Below, piece after piece: positions 9,318 to 19,202 of a DNA stretch of 64,000 nucleotides (the first letter of the stretch is position 1; every line of letters starts with the position of its first letter). The stretch is from Desulfobacterales bacterium (GTDB lineage Bacteria > Desulfobacterota > Desulfobacteria > Desulfobacterales > UBA5852). The stretch covers positions 960,001-1,024,000 of the forward strand of contig CAXXVS010000001.1 in the NCBI GenBank assembly GCA_963674755.2, read 5' to 3'. Position numbers and translations under genes: made by a program. Below the pieces are notes generated by a model. It saw only the letters and a program-made list of their open reading frames with translations. It was not told where the DNA came from and ran no database searches.

Positions 9318-10990
9318 GGACCTGATGGTTTTCCCTCCCGTGAAGTACCGCCCTTAGCGTTCTGATCCCTATCCATTGCATCGCCCTTGTGTGGCAAATC
9401 CTTTCCAGATCCGGGTTCAGGACCCGCCGGAAGTTTTGCGGCTTGCTGGGCCGTTGGCTTTAGACGGATACGGATGATGTCTCCGGGATAGATCAAATCC
9501 GGATTGCGGATCTGGCTGAGGCGGGCCAGCTCCGGGTACTGGAACGGGTTTCCAAGATAATGGGCGGCAATTTCCCACAGGGTATCGCCGGCAACGACCC
9601 GGTGGGTTATTTCGCGGCCCGGTGTGGGCCCCAGCCGGTCGGGGGGGGCGACGGGGATGGTGTCCGGCGCGCCAGGGCGCTCCACCGTCAGGGTGAACCC
9701 CGCGGTGTCCAGGTGCAGGATTTCCCGGGGGGATTGCGATCCCGGCGATATCCCGCCGGAAACGCGGCCGGTCTTTGGGGCCGGTGACCCATCCGGGGGC
9801 CCTACGGCTGGGGGCAGCCCGGTGCCCGCCGAAGGGCGCGCTGGTGCCGGCGGGGTTTCCGCGATGACCGGGAAGCGTTCCCGGGTCTGACCATGAGGGG
9901 GGGCTTTCATCGGCATGACGGCTTTTGCCGCTCCCTGGGAGGCCGCCGGTTGTGGATGGGCAGGATGGGCGTTGAGCGCAATGGCGGAGGCGGTTGTTTC
10001 GTCTGGCCGGGAAGGATGCTCCCGTCGCATGAGGCGGTCCCTCCACAAGAAGGCCGGACCCAAACCGACAAAGAGGATCAGGACCAGCAGCGCCGTTATC
10101 GCTACGGCATAGCGTCGCGGTCGATGAGGGTTCTTCAAAGGCCTTGCGGTGGCAACCGGGTGTGCCTCCCGGATACGTGAGCCCCGGGCGGGCAATGGCG
10201 CTGTTCCTATCCCGGGGGAGGGCGACCTCATGGGCAAGCGTTGGGGGGGAACGGTGCGGGCGGTCTTGCCCGCCGGGACCGTGCCCTGTTTGGCGGGGGC
10301 ATGGCGCCGGCCCACGGACGCTCCGTTTCTTACGGGATCCTGCCCGGGCAGGGGGGCCGGTTCCGGGATGGGCGGGTTGCATGGCCCGGTGTCCGGAGCA
10401 GCCTTCGAACCGCTGGATGGCGGCCCGGAAGCGGCGACCGCAGCTACCGTTTTGTCCAGGCCCGGTTTGGGCAAAGGGATGTCCCGGGCCTGTTCCATCT
10501 TGGCAAAGGTGGTGTGCAACAGAATCTGCTCCCCCCGCAGGAGAAAAGTATCGAAAAAGTCCATGGGGCTGTGGGGGCTCAGGGGCTGGCGAATGAAGTC
10601 GGCCGACGGCAGGACATCCTCCACCTCGTCCACCAGAAAGGCGGTGAGACCGGCCGGCAACCGGGTCAGGATCAGTTGTCCCTTCAATAAGGCGGGCGGG
10701 TCGGCCGCCAGGCCGAGCTTGCGCCGCAGGGAAATGACGCGATAAATCTGACCGTGATGGGGCACAACGCCGATGATCGAGGGCGGCGCCTGGGGCAGTG
10801 GACGAATGCGCGGGGCGACGATGATGCGCTCCACCTCCGCCGCCGGGGCACCCAGGCGGTAGGCGGCAACATTGAAAACCACCAGGTGGCTATGATCCCG
10901 GGCGGTTGAGATGCCGCCCGTGGTGGGATGGGGGGGGGAGGCGGCCGGGGGATCGTCATATGGCGATTGCATATCCACAACCTGCATCAT
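9305..10990 (-). CDS. CheW-like domain / Pro-rich linker / TM / LysM fusion protein
   Basis: N-terminal LVVFNV..YRLGAP...VERII...LPQAPPSIIGVV...AFLVDEVEDVL (CheW-like); TM AVAITALLVLILFVGLG; HRVVAGDTLWEIAAHYLGNPFQYPELARLSQIRNPDLIYPGDIIRI (LysM). Start uncertain. Confidence 0.75.
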   Translation of the reverse strand: MMQVVDMQSPYDDPPAASPPHPTTGGISTARDHSHLVVFNVAAYRLGAPAAEVERIIVAPRIRPLPQAPPSIIGVVPHHGQIYRVISLRRKLGLAADPPALLKGQLILTRLPAGLTAFLVDEVEDVLPSADFIRQPLSPHSPMDFFDTFLLRGEQILLHTTFAKMEQARDIPLPKPGLDKTVAAVAASGPPSSGSKAAPDTGPCNPPIPEPAPLPGQDPVRNGASVGRRHAPAKQGTVPAGKTARTVPPQRLPMRSPSPGIGTAPLPARGSRIREAHPVATARPLKNPHRPRRYAVAITALLVLILFVGLGPAFLWRDRLMRREHPSRPDETTASAIALNAHPAHPQPAASQGAAKAVMPMKAPPHGQTRERFPVIAETPPAPARPSAGTGLPPAVGPPDGSPAPKTGRVSGGISPGSQSPREILHLDTAGFTLTVERPGAPDTIPVAPPDRLGPTPGREITHRVVAGDTLWEIAAHYLGNPFQYPELARLSQIRNPDLIYPGDIIRIRLKPTAQQAAKLPAGPEPGSGKDLPHKGDAMDRDQNAKGGTSREGKPSGPHEG

Positions 10991-11337
10991 AGAGGGGCGT
11001 TCGGGAACCTGTCAATGCATGCCTCCGGGCTGTCAGGCCAGGCCAAAGCGCTTCCGGCAGCCCCTGGCGGGCAGCGCCCCTTTCACCCCAGGTGGGGATG
11101 CCGCTTTCGCCTGCCCCGACGGTGAGCGGAGTGCGGTGGGTGCGGCTATCGGGCTGTGGATCACCAACAGGTCGAAAGGCAAGGCGCCGTCCGAAGCGAA
11201 ACGCGCAGCAACCATCAGGGTTGCAGCGGCGGTTTCGCGAGGGCGGGACTCACCTTAGCCCATAGGATCAGATGAGAACTCCCGCAGCGCGGGACAACGC
11301 CGCATTGCGGCCTGAGGCGCCGTTTATCCACGGACTG

Positions 11338-12345
11338 CTATGGCGAGATGCTGCCGCCGGCATCGCTCTTGGCTTCTTTTTCGTCCCCCTTCAGATCGGT
11401 CAGGAAATTTTTGATCGGATCGACATCGAAATCGGCCAGGGTGAAAGGATCCCGCCGCAGGGAGGAGCGGGCCGGAACTTCGCTGGCTTTTTCGTCGGAC
11501 GGCGCGAAAATCTCCAGGGTTGCGGCCGCCTCGGATTCGATACGGATGAGATAAGTGGGGTTCGAAAAATCGGCCTTGGGCCGATCGGTCAGATAGGCCC
11601 GGCATTTGAGGCCGGATAAGTCCGTGAGGAAGTCTGTCACTTTTTTATTGGCCACGGCCGGCCCGTTGACGAGCTGCCAGGTGGCCTCCGGGGCCGCCTG
11701 GCCCTTGGCTTCGGTTGCCGAGGAAGCAGACGAGTCTTCCGATGCCTTCGGCGCAGGCACCTTCTTGAGCGTGAAAGCCTGACCGGCGGTTTCGATGGTG
11801 AAAGCCGTAACCGCGTCGGGTTTGAAGGCCAGCACCGACTTGTCGCGCAGGCTTGCGACGGTTTGGTCGAAGTCGTTACGGAAGTTGCCCTGGGCGTGGT
11901 AGACATTGGGATTCCCGGCCAGCATGATATGGGTGTGCCGCATGGTGTCCGCGGCTTTGCCGATGTCAAAGGCCCTTACGACCTTGCCGTCCTGGTAGGC
12001 CGTCACCCGGATTTGATGTTTGTCATCCAAATCGTAGCGGGCATAATTCTGCGATTCCGATACCAGGGCGGTGACCGTGAGGTTCGCCAGGTCGTCGATC
12101 ATCCGGTTGACGAGACGGCCGTCGGCCGGATAATCGCCCGGAGAAACCCGCCAGCTGTCGTCCTGGCGGGTCAAGGTAACGGTATGCTCCCCATGGCGGA
12201 TCTCGATCTTGGTGAGGTCCGTTGCGTTCAGGTCGGGGATGTCCGGCAGATTGTAGGTGGTCCGGTCCGTGCTGCGGAAAGCCAAGTACAACCCCAGGGC
12301 CACAATGACGACCAACAGGATGGCATATTCTGTTTTCACCTTCAT
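11338..12345 (-). CDS. DUF4340-like periplasmic protein associated with a Gld-type ABC module
   Basis: N-terminal TM, W..LRDK-like SLRDKSVLAF segment, directly downstream of a gldG-like gene. Confidence 0.7.
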   Translation of the reverse strand: MKVKTEYAILLVVIVALGLYLAFRSTDRTTYNLPDIPDLNATDLTKIEIRHGEHTVTLTRQDDSWRVSPGDYPADGRLVNRMIDDLANLTVTALVSESQNYARYDLDDKHQIRVTAYQDGKVVRAFDIGKAADTMRHTHIMLAGNPNVYHAQGNFRNDFDQTVASLRDKSVLAFKPDAVTAFTIETAGQAFTLKKVPAPKASEDSSASSATEAKGQAAPEATWQLVNGPAVANKKVTDFLTDLSGLKCRAYLTDRPKADFSNPTYLIRIESEAAATLEIFAPSDEKASEVPARSSLRRDPFTLADFDVDPIKNFLTDLKGDEKEAKSDAGGSISP

Positions 12346-12364
12346 GGTGGGATCTTCACTCCTT

Positions 12365-14548
12365 TTAGGATTCCTGGAACATGGCCTGGATACGTTTCTT
12401 GCGGGCGATCCGGCGCAGCCAGACCGCAATACCGAAAAGCACCACCAGAATGGGCAGCCCGACGATATTGAAGGCCTTGGTCAGGGTGCGGGTGGCCGGT
12501 GTAGGATTTTCCAGGGGGTTGAAGCGCTGCTCTTTGCTGCGCATCAAAGCCACGTCGACACGGTTATTGAGATAGTCGATGACGTTCATCATGAACATGG
12601 CGTTCGGGCTGCGGCCATCGGCTTCCAGAACGCTGTCCTGGATGAGTTCCGACGATCCGATCAGCAGGATTTTGGCCGGGACGCTTTTATCCCGGCGCGG
12701 GGGCGTGTTCGCGAAGGCAGAGAGATCCTTGGCGGCCGGTGGGGTGGTTGCGCCATCCGTAGTGGCCGCTTGGGCGTCCTTTTCCGAAGGGCCCGCCGGT
12801 TTTTCCGGGATCGGCTTCCCGGCGAAGTAGCTGGGGAATTCGCCTTCCAGGACATAGGCCAGGGGATAGGCCGTGAGTTCTTCGGCCGGCGGCGGACCGC
12901 CGATTATCGTCGGGTCCAGCGTAATCTGGTCTTTAATCTCCCAGGATTTTTGCGAGGAGGAAAACAGCCGGATCGCCCGGAGGCCGTTTTGCTTCAGACG
13001 CTCCTGGTCCAGCGTCAAGGGGGCCATCCGAAGCGCGATCAACCCTTTGATGGTTTTCATGAAGGGCAGGTCCTGATTGATGTTGGTGCTCTTGATCAGG
13101 GGTGCGAAATAGATGGGCCGCTCCCCGCCGCCCATTTCCGCCGGCAGACGCTGTTTGTAGCAGTCTTCGTCGAGCACCATGGCCCGGTCGATTTTGATGC
13201 CATAGTTGGCCAGGAGTTTTTCCAGCCCCGAGTCGAAGGGTTTGAAGGACGGCCCCGACATGAAGGCGGGTTGCTGGCCCGGCGCACCTTCCACAAAGGC
13301 GTCCACCAGAAGGGCCAGGTTGGTGCCGCGCATCAGGGCCTGGTCGATCTGGTAGAGCTCGTAGTCCGAAAACGGCTCGGTGGGCCGGGCGATGATCAGG
13401 CTTGGCAGGCTTGCCGGAATGGAATCCTTGTTTAGATCGATGTTTTTGAGGGAGTAGCTGTCGGCCACCAGGGTCGTGAAACTGCGCATGCGGGTCTCGT
13501 TGGGGCGTCCGGGCATGGGCGAGGTCGATAGGGTGCCGTTGCTGGCCAGGTACCCCAGGTTTTCGTTGATGTCCACCAGCGCCTCCAGGTTGCCGTTGAT
13601 CAGCTCCTCCATTTGATCGATACCCACCAACTGATACTGGGTGCCGATGACCGGTAGCCGCAGCACATGGATCAACGGGGTCGTGATGACCTTGTCGCCG
13701 TATTCCATTACCAGACCGATAACGCCTGCCCCGGCGCTGAGTTTGGCGTCGGGGATATCCGGCCAGTTGATTTTCATGAGGTCGTATTGCTTAGAGAGCG
13801 CCTCCCCCGCAGGGTCTTGCGAGGGATCGATATAGCGGTAATCGATCTTGTCGTAGGCGTTTTTATTGACCCGTGCGATGATTTCCTCCAGACGCCCGGC
13901 AAAGGCGGGCAGTTCATCCAGCCCCATGTAGGGAGCCACCCTGTCGAGGGACGAAGACTGGAAGAGGGTCACCTTGATCTTGCCCTTCAGGTTCAGAAAG
14001 GCGCTGGTTTTATTGCTCAGCTTCTGGATGGCGGTGGTCAGCTTGTACTCCAGCCCGTCGATGGAGGTAATGGTGGGGATCTGTTCGACCATATCCCCGT
14101 GAATCAGGACCAGCCCCATATAGGCCCGCTTGAACTTGACCTCGTCTTCCTCGATGACCTGGATTTGAACGGGCGAAATGCCATAGTCGTTGGCCTGCTG
14201 CTGGTTCTCACTGGCCTGCTGGCCCACATCCCCTTCCTGAGGGCTGACATTGTAGAATTTGTAGTTGAAGTTGCGGTTGGCATGGAGGGCGTATTCCTCC
14301 AGCAGATCGTGCAGGTAGCGCTCGGTGTTGTTGTGGGGTGCGGGCAGGTTGCGGGTGAAAAAAACTTTGATGGTAAGCGGTTCTTTCAGGTTCGAGACGA
14401 CTTCCTTGCTGGTCTTGGAAAGGGAGTAGATGCGGTTGGCGGTGAGGTCCCAGCGAAAAAAGAGGGTCAGTCCCGCGATGTTGAGCAGGACCAGGACAAG
14501 CAGGTAAATGCCGAACTTGACGTATTTTGCATAGCGTTGTGTGGCCAT
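12365..14548 (-). CDS. GldG-like ABC transporter auxiliary component
   Basis: RWDLTANRIYSLS, LEYKLTTAI, YQIDQALMRG; N- and C-terminal TMs. Confidence 0.82.
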   Translation of the reverse strand: MATQRYAKYVKFGIYLLVLVLLNIAGLTLFFRWDLTANRIYSLSKTSKEVVSNLKEPLTIKVFFTRNLPAPHNNTERYLHDLLEEYALHANRNFNYKFYNVSPQEGDVGQQASENQQQANDYGISPVQIQVIEEDEVKFKRAYMGLVLIHGDMVEQIPTITSIDGLEYKLTTAIQKLSNKTSAFLNLKGKIKVTLFQSSSLDRVAPYMGLDELPAFAGRLEEIIARVNKNAYDKIDYRYIDPSQDPAGEALSKQYDLMKINWPDIPDAKLSAGAGVIGLVMEYGDKVITTPLIHVLRLPVIGTQYQLVGIDQMEELINGNLEALVDINENLGYLASNGTLSTSPMPGRPNETRMRSFTTLVADSYSLKNIDLNKDSIPASLPSLIIARPTEPFSDYELYQIDQALMRGTNLALLVDAFVEGAPGQQPAFMSGPSFKPFDSGLEKLLANYGIKIDRAMVLDEDCYKQRLPAEMGGGERPIYFAPLIKSTNINQDLPFMKTIKGLIALRMAPLTLDQERLKQNGLRAIRLFSSSQKSWEIKDQITLDPTIIGGPPPAEELTAYPLAYVLEGEFPSYFAGKPIPEKPAGPSEKDAQAATTDGATTPPAAKDLSAFANTPPRRDKSVPAKILLIGSSELIQDSVLEADGRSPNAMFMMNVIDYLNNRVDVALMRSKEQRFNPLENPTPATRTLTKAFNIVGLPILVVLFGIAVWLRRIARKKRIQAMFQES

Positions 14549-14567
14549 TGACCAACTCCTTATTTCT

Positions 14568-15272
14568 CTATTTCTTTTCCTGCATGGCGAGGTGGGCGGC
14601 ATAGAGCCCGAGAAAGACGAGACTCAGAAAATAGAGCACGTCCCGGGAATCGATGATCCCCTTGGCCACATTCTGGAAATGGGAACTGGCCCCGATATAA
14701 TTGACGACATTGAGGATGGGGCCGGGGAAGAAGAAGAGCATCCGGTCCATCGTGGTCAGGACAAAGCAGATTACGGCCCCTAATATGAAAGCGATGATCT
14801 GGTTGCGGGTGAGGGCCGAGGCAAACAGGCCGATGGCGGTGAAAGCGGCCCCCAGCATAAGGGCCCCGGCGTAGCCGCCCACGACCGGTCCCCAGTCCAG
14901 TTGGCCCATTCCGGCAATGAAGAGGGGGTAGGCAATGGTCGGTACGAGAATGGCGCCCACGAAAACGACGCCGGCCAGGAATTTTCCCAGAATGATGTCC
15001 CGGAAGGTCACCGGCAGGGTCAGGAGGGTTTCGTAGGAGCCCGTATTGAGCTCTTCGGCAAAGAGCCGCATGGTGATGGCCGGCACCACGAAGGCGAAGG
15101 TCATGGGAAGCAGGTTGAAAAAGTTGCGCAGGTCGGCCTGATCGAAGACAAAAAAGGTCGAGAAGAACAACCAGCCGGTCACCAGAAGGAAGACCGCGAT
15201 AACGATATAGGCGATGGGCGAGATGAAGAAATCCTTCAGCTCTTTGCCCATGATATGGAGCACCTGCTGCAT
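14568..15272 (-). CDS. GldF-like ABC-2 permease
   Basis: KELKDFFISPIAY, TMRLFAEE..GSYETLLTLP, SALTRNQIIAF. Confidence 0.85.
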   Translation of the reverse strand: MQQVLHIMGKELKDFFISPIAYIVIAVFLLVTGWLFFSTFFVFDQADLRNFFNLLPMTFAFVVPAITMRLFAEELNTGSYETLLTLPVTFRDIILGKFLAGVVFVGAILVPTIAYPLFIAGMGQLDWGPVVGGYAGALMLGAAFTAIGLFASALTRNQIIAFILGAVICFVLTTMDRMLFFFPGPILNVVNYIGASSHFQNVAKGIIDSRDVLYFLSLVFLGLYAAHLAMQEKK

Positions 15273-15273
15273 G

Positions 15274-16212
15274 TCAGTTCTCCTTGGTCAATTCTCGGAA
15301 GATGGTTTCCAGGTCCTTGGTTTGCTGGACGAATTCCACCAGGACCCATTCCGTGGCCTTGATGGCGGCATAAACGGCCGGTCGCGGATCCTGGTCGCCC
15401 TGGCAGGTCAGCACCAGGTTCAGTGTATCGGTCCCGTTGGAGGGGCCATCGGCGGCCGCGGTAATACCTTCGAGGGCATCCAGGGTTGCCAGGGCCTCCG
15501 CCCGGTCGGCATTTTGCAGCACCAGATGAAGACGCCGGGATCGGCTGCCGGACTGCTTCAGGGTCTCGGTGCGATCGTCCGCCACGATACGACCCTGGTG
15601 AATGATGACGATCCGGTCGCAGGTCGCTTCGGCTTCGCTCAGAATATGGGTGGACAGGATGACGGTTTTCTCGCGTCCGATTTGGCGGATGATGTCCCGG
15701 ATTTCAACAATCTGGTTGGGATCCAAGCCCGAAGTGGGTTCGTCCAGGATCAGGATTTCCGGGTCGCTCATCATGGCGTGGGCCAGACCGACGCGCTGTT
15801 TCAGCCCCTTGGACAATTCCCCGATGGTTTTGTGCATGATGCCCTGCAGGCCGCAGAGATCCACCAGACGGCGGATGCGCTGCTGCTTGGCGTCGTTTTT
15901 AAGCCCGCGCACACTGGCGATGTAGTCCAGATAGTCGAAGACGAGCATGCCGGGATAGAGCGGTGCGGATTCCGGCAGGTATCCGATCAGGTGTTTGATG
16001 GCCACCATATCGTCCTGGATGGTGAGGTCCTTTATGGTGACCTGTCCGGCCGTGGGTTTGAAATAGCCGGTCAGCATGCGCAGGGTGGTGGTCTTGCCGG
16101 CGCCGTTGGGCCCCAGCAGTCCGATGATTTCCCCCTTCTGGATGTCGAGGTCGATGTGATCCACGGCGCAGAAGTCGTCGTAGTACTTGGTCAACCCTTC
16201 GACTTGGATCAT
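15274..16212 (-). CDS. GldA-like ABC transporter ATP-binding protein
   Basis: GPNGAGKTT, LSKGLKQRVG, LILDEPTSGLD, STHILSE; AAGGAG RBS before ATG 16212. Confidence 0.92.
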   Translation of the reverse strand: MIQVEGLTKYYDDFCAVDHIDLDIQKGEIIGLLGPNGAGKTTTLRMLTGYFKPTAGQVTIKDLTIQDDMVAIKHLIGYLPESAPLYPGMLVFDYLDYIASVRGLKNDAKQQRIRRLVDLCGLQGIMHKTIGELSKGLKQRVGLAHAMMSDPEILILDEPTSGLDPNQIVEIRDIIRQIGREKTVILSTHILSEAEATCDRIVIIHQGRIVADDRTETLKQSGSRSRRLHLVLQNADRAEALATLDALEGITAAADGPSNGTDTLNLVLTCQGDQDPRPAVYAAIKATEWVLVEFVQQTKDLETIFRELTKEN

Positions 16213-16401
16213 ACCCGTTCTCCTTGCAGTTGAAGCACCCGAATGCGGTTCGTGCCGGTCCTTGTCCGGAGGCCGGCCGGGATGGGTGCATTTCGTTTGG
16301 TTGGCCATGGCGGATGCCATGCACGGCCCTTTGGGCCGCGTTGACGGTATTGCGCCAATGATGGCGGGCCTGCTCTATCACGGATCGCCGGAGTCTGCAA
16401 A

Positions 16402-16420
16402 TTGGCAATGATTATGCCTA
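16402..16420 (-). promoter_or_regulatory. Possible sigma-54 promoter upstream of the gldA-like operon
   Basis: Minus strand reads AGGCATAATCATTGCC (GG-N10-GC); the plus strand also gives a GG-N10-GC match. Confidence 0.3.
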
Positions 16421-16574
16421 AATTACAATTGGTTATAGATTTTAAGAAATGGTGGTACGTACCGTTCCGGATGGCGGGCCGAGCGGTACCGGCGATCGGA
16501 CGCCCCGCTTGCACCGGGTTTTCGGCAGGGTGATCCGGGCACTGGGATCGCGCGTGCCTGTTTGCCACTATATC

Positions 16575-16716
16575 GTGTCCATCCATCGATGGTAGATTTT
16601 GGTTACTGGCAAGGCTCAAATGAATTTTCAACCGGAGGAATAGCCCGCTATTTCGAGGATTGAAAACGAGCGAGAACGCCGCCAGGGGCCGAAAGATGCC
16701 ATCGATGGATGGACAC
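16575..16716. repeat. MITE-like element, copy 2 (142 bp, perfect 18-bp terminal inverted repeats)
   Basis: GTGTCCATCCATCGATGG (16575-16592) and CCATCGATGGATGGACAC (16699-16716); homologous to 4926-5117. Confidence 0.8.
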
Positions 16717-16956
16717 CTACGGATAGCGGATGGGGGTCGTTCGCCGTCGACCGACGAACAGGTGATCGCCAAGAAACGGATAAAGTTGCATGCTGTTCCC
16801 CAGGAACCGGTCGTTTTTTCAGGCTGAATGGTGTTTCGGTTGGTCTTTACATCGAGCTAAGCGCTTGGTAACGTTTGGGATACTAAGAACGATAACGAAA
16901 ATGTCAAGACGCCCGAAGGCGCCCGTGGGGGGGCGTCGCTGTCTCGGGGGAGGACC

Positions 16957-17631
16957 ATGGCTGCCAACGTTTTCCAAATGACACCGGAAGTGTTCCAGAT
17001 TGGCGGGGCCGGTTTCACCGCCGCGGAGGATGCGGCGGTCTATCTGGTGGTTGTCGAAGGTCAGGCCGCTATGATCGACGCCGGCTGCGGGGGCAGTGTC
17101 GATCAGCTTCTGGCGAACGCCTGGGCCTGCGGCGTCCGGCCGGACGATCTGCACGATCTGTTTCTGACCCATTGCCATTTCGACCACACCGGCGGGGCGT
17201 TCGAACTGCAGCGGCGGCTGGCGCTGCGGGTGGTGATGCATGCCCTGGATGCCCCTTTTGTGGAAACCGGCGATCCGGAGGTCACGGCCGCCGCCTGGTA
17301 TGGGGCCGCCCTGCAGCCGTTTCGGCCCGATCATGTCATCGCGGGGGCAAGTGAGCTGTTTCGGATCGGCGGGCGGGGGCTGGAGGCCCTGCACATGCCT
17401 GGGCATTCCCCGGGCTCGGTGGTTTACCTGCTCGAATCGGCCGGGCGCAAGATCTTATTCGGGCAGGATGTTCACGGACCGCTTCATCCCGCCTTGCGAT
17501 CCGACCGCCAGGCCTATCACCATTCCCTGCAGCAGCTGATCGCGCTGGAGGCCGATGTGCTGTGCGAGGGGCATTTCGGTGTTATCGAGGGCGCTGACCG
17601 GGTACGGCGCTTTATTCAGCAGTATCTCTGA
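16957..17631 (+). CDS. Metallo-beta-lactamase-fold hydrolase
   Basis: THCHFDHTGG, PGHSPGS, GQD and EGH motifs; GGAGG RBS. Confidence 0.9.
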   Translation: MAANVFQMTPEVFQIGGAGFTAAEDAAVYLVVVEGQAAMIDAGCGGSVDQLLANAWACGVRPDDLHDLFLTHCHFDHTGGAFELQRRLALRVVMHALDAPFVETGDPEVTAAAWYGAALQPFRPDHVIAGASELFRIGGRGLEALHMPGHSPGSVVYLLESAGRKILFGQDVHGPLHPALRSDRQAYHHSLQQLIALEADVLCEGHFGVIEGADRVRRFIQQYL

Positions 17632-17721
17632 AGCCGGCGCTCATAAGCACCAAGGCCGGGAAGCCCCGAAAGGATAAACGCGGGCGGTGGGAGGGCCGTG
17701 CCGGCAAGGGCAGGCGCAAGG

Positions 17722-18045
17722 TCAGCTGTCCGGATCCTGATCCAGCCGGTTTTGGATGGCCTTCAAACGGTAGTTGGTTTCCCGCAGGGCCACCCGCATT
17801 TCTTGCAGGACGGATAAAACGTTCGTTTCCGTGTCGGGGGGCGTGTCGTTTCGCCCCGGTCCGATCTGCCGCACGATGTCGTCCAGACGGATGCTGAGGG
17901 TAACGATGAAATACAGCAGCAGCATGAACATGTAGTCGTCCTTGAGCCAGTTCAGGTAGAAAAACCCGAAAGCGATCAGGGCGATAAAAAGGGCACTGGT
18001 AATCGTATAGGGATGGCGTGCCACCCATTTATTCAGCGTCTTCAT
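17722..18045 (-). CDS. Hypothetical small membrane protein (2 TM plus coiled-coil tail)
   Basis: Two hydrophobic helices followed by heptad-like LQEMRVALRETNYRLKAIQNRL. Confidence 0.6.
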   Translation of the reverse strand: MKTLNKWVARHPYTITSALFIALIAFGFFYLNWLKDDYMFMLLLYFIVTLSIRLDDIVRQIGPGRNDTPPDTETNVLSVLQEMRVALRETNYRLKAIQNRLDQDPDS

Positions 18046-18375
18046 GCAGGTTCCTAAGCGTCATCGTGATGGGTTGGCCCACCATAGGAGATACCGCGCC
18101 AAAAATCAATCCAGGGGCTTCAGGCCGGCGGCGTACCTGCCCGGCGCCGGGGCGGTGCCCCTTCCGTGGGATCCGCCGCTGGCGATCCGAATCCTGAGGC
18201 GTATCCGGCGGGGGGGTCGGAATCAGTTTGTCAGGTTTTGGGATTTGATGCGACGAATTGACAACCCGATTGCCGGTGGGCACTTTGGTGCAACGCCTGT
18301 CATTTGAGTCCATGCCGTGCATTCCCTGGGAAATAGGCGCAAGCGAGGGGGCGCGGCTCTTGAGGAGAGATTGCC

Positions 18376-19140
18376 GTGCGATGCCGATGGTCCATCGCCG
18401 CTATGATGCTGCTGGCCGTGTTCGGGCTTTGCGTCTTCCGTATCGAGCCGGCCGCGGCCGATCCGCCGACGGTGGACAACGCCCTGTATGCCGGACTGCT
18501 GGCGCGCCATGTCCACCACGGGCTGGTGGATTACCGGGGGTTGCAACAGGAAGAAACCCAGCTGGATCGCTATCTCGACGTTCTGGCAGCCGTTGTGCCC
18601 GACCTTCTGTCGGTCGACGAGCGCTTTGCCTTTTACGTCAATGCTTACAACGCCTGGACCTGGAAGTTGATTCTCAATCACTACCCCGGCATCCGATCCA
18701 TCAAGGACGCGGGCAGCTTCTGGCAGAGCCCCTGGAAGAAAAAACTGGCCCGCATCGACGGCCGTCTGCTCACCCTGGACGAGATCGAGAACGATATCCT
18801 GCGGCCCCAGTTCAAGGATCCGCGCGTTCATTTTGCCATCAATTGCGCTTCCAAGGGCTGTCCGCCCCTTTACAACGTCCCTTTCAACGGTCGTGATCTG
18901 GACCGCCAGCTCGATCATGTCACGCGGGCCTTTATCAACGATCCCACGCGCTATCGGCTGGCGGGTGACGTTCTTTTAGTGAGCCGGATCTTCAAATGGT
19001 TTCGCGAGGATTTCCATGACGATATCATCGGCTTTTTCCAACTCTATGCCGAGGGCGATCTGAGGGCCGTCCTGCAAGCCAAGGCCCGGGACCTCGACGT
19101 GGAATTCCTGGCCTACGACTGGTCCCTCAACGGCGCATGA
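18376..19140 (+). CDS. DUF547 domain exported protein
   Basis: Signal peptide; AFYVNAYNA, TLDEIENDILR, PRVHFAINCASKGCPPL, YDWSLN. Confidence 0.88.
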   Translation: MRCRWSIAAMMLLAVFGLCVFRIEPAAADPPTVDNALYAGLLARHVHHGLVDYRGLQQEETQLDRYLDVLAAVVPDLLSVDERFAFYVNAYNAWTWKLILNHYPGIRSIKDAGSFWQSPWKKKLARIDGRLLTLDEIENDILRPQFKDPRVHFAINCASKGCPPLYNVPFNGRDLDRQLDHVTRAFINDPTRYRLAGDVLLVSRIFKWFREDFHDDIIGFFQLYAEGDLRAVLQAKARDLDVEFLAYDWSLNGA

Positions 19141-19202
19141 GACAATGTCTCGGCCCACATGTAAGGAAACACCAGCGGGCGGGCCGCAAAAGGGGAGAGG
19201 GC

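Noticed and set aside
11338..16212. Gliding motility locus
   Set aside because: GldA/F/G-like ABC modules occur in many non-gliding bacteria and no other gliding genes are present
16957..17631. Beta-lactamase resistance gene
   Set aside because: Generic MBL-fold hydrolase with no signal peptide and no mobile context
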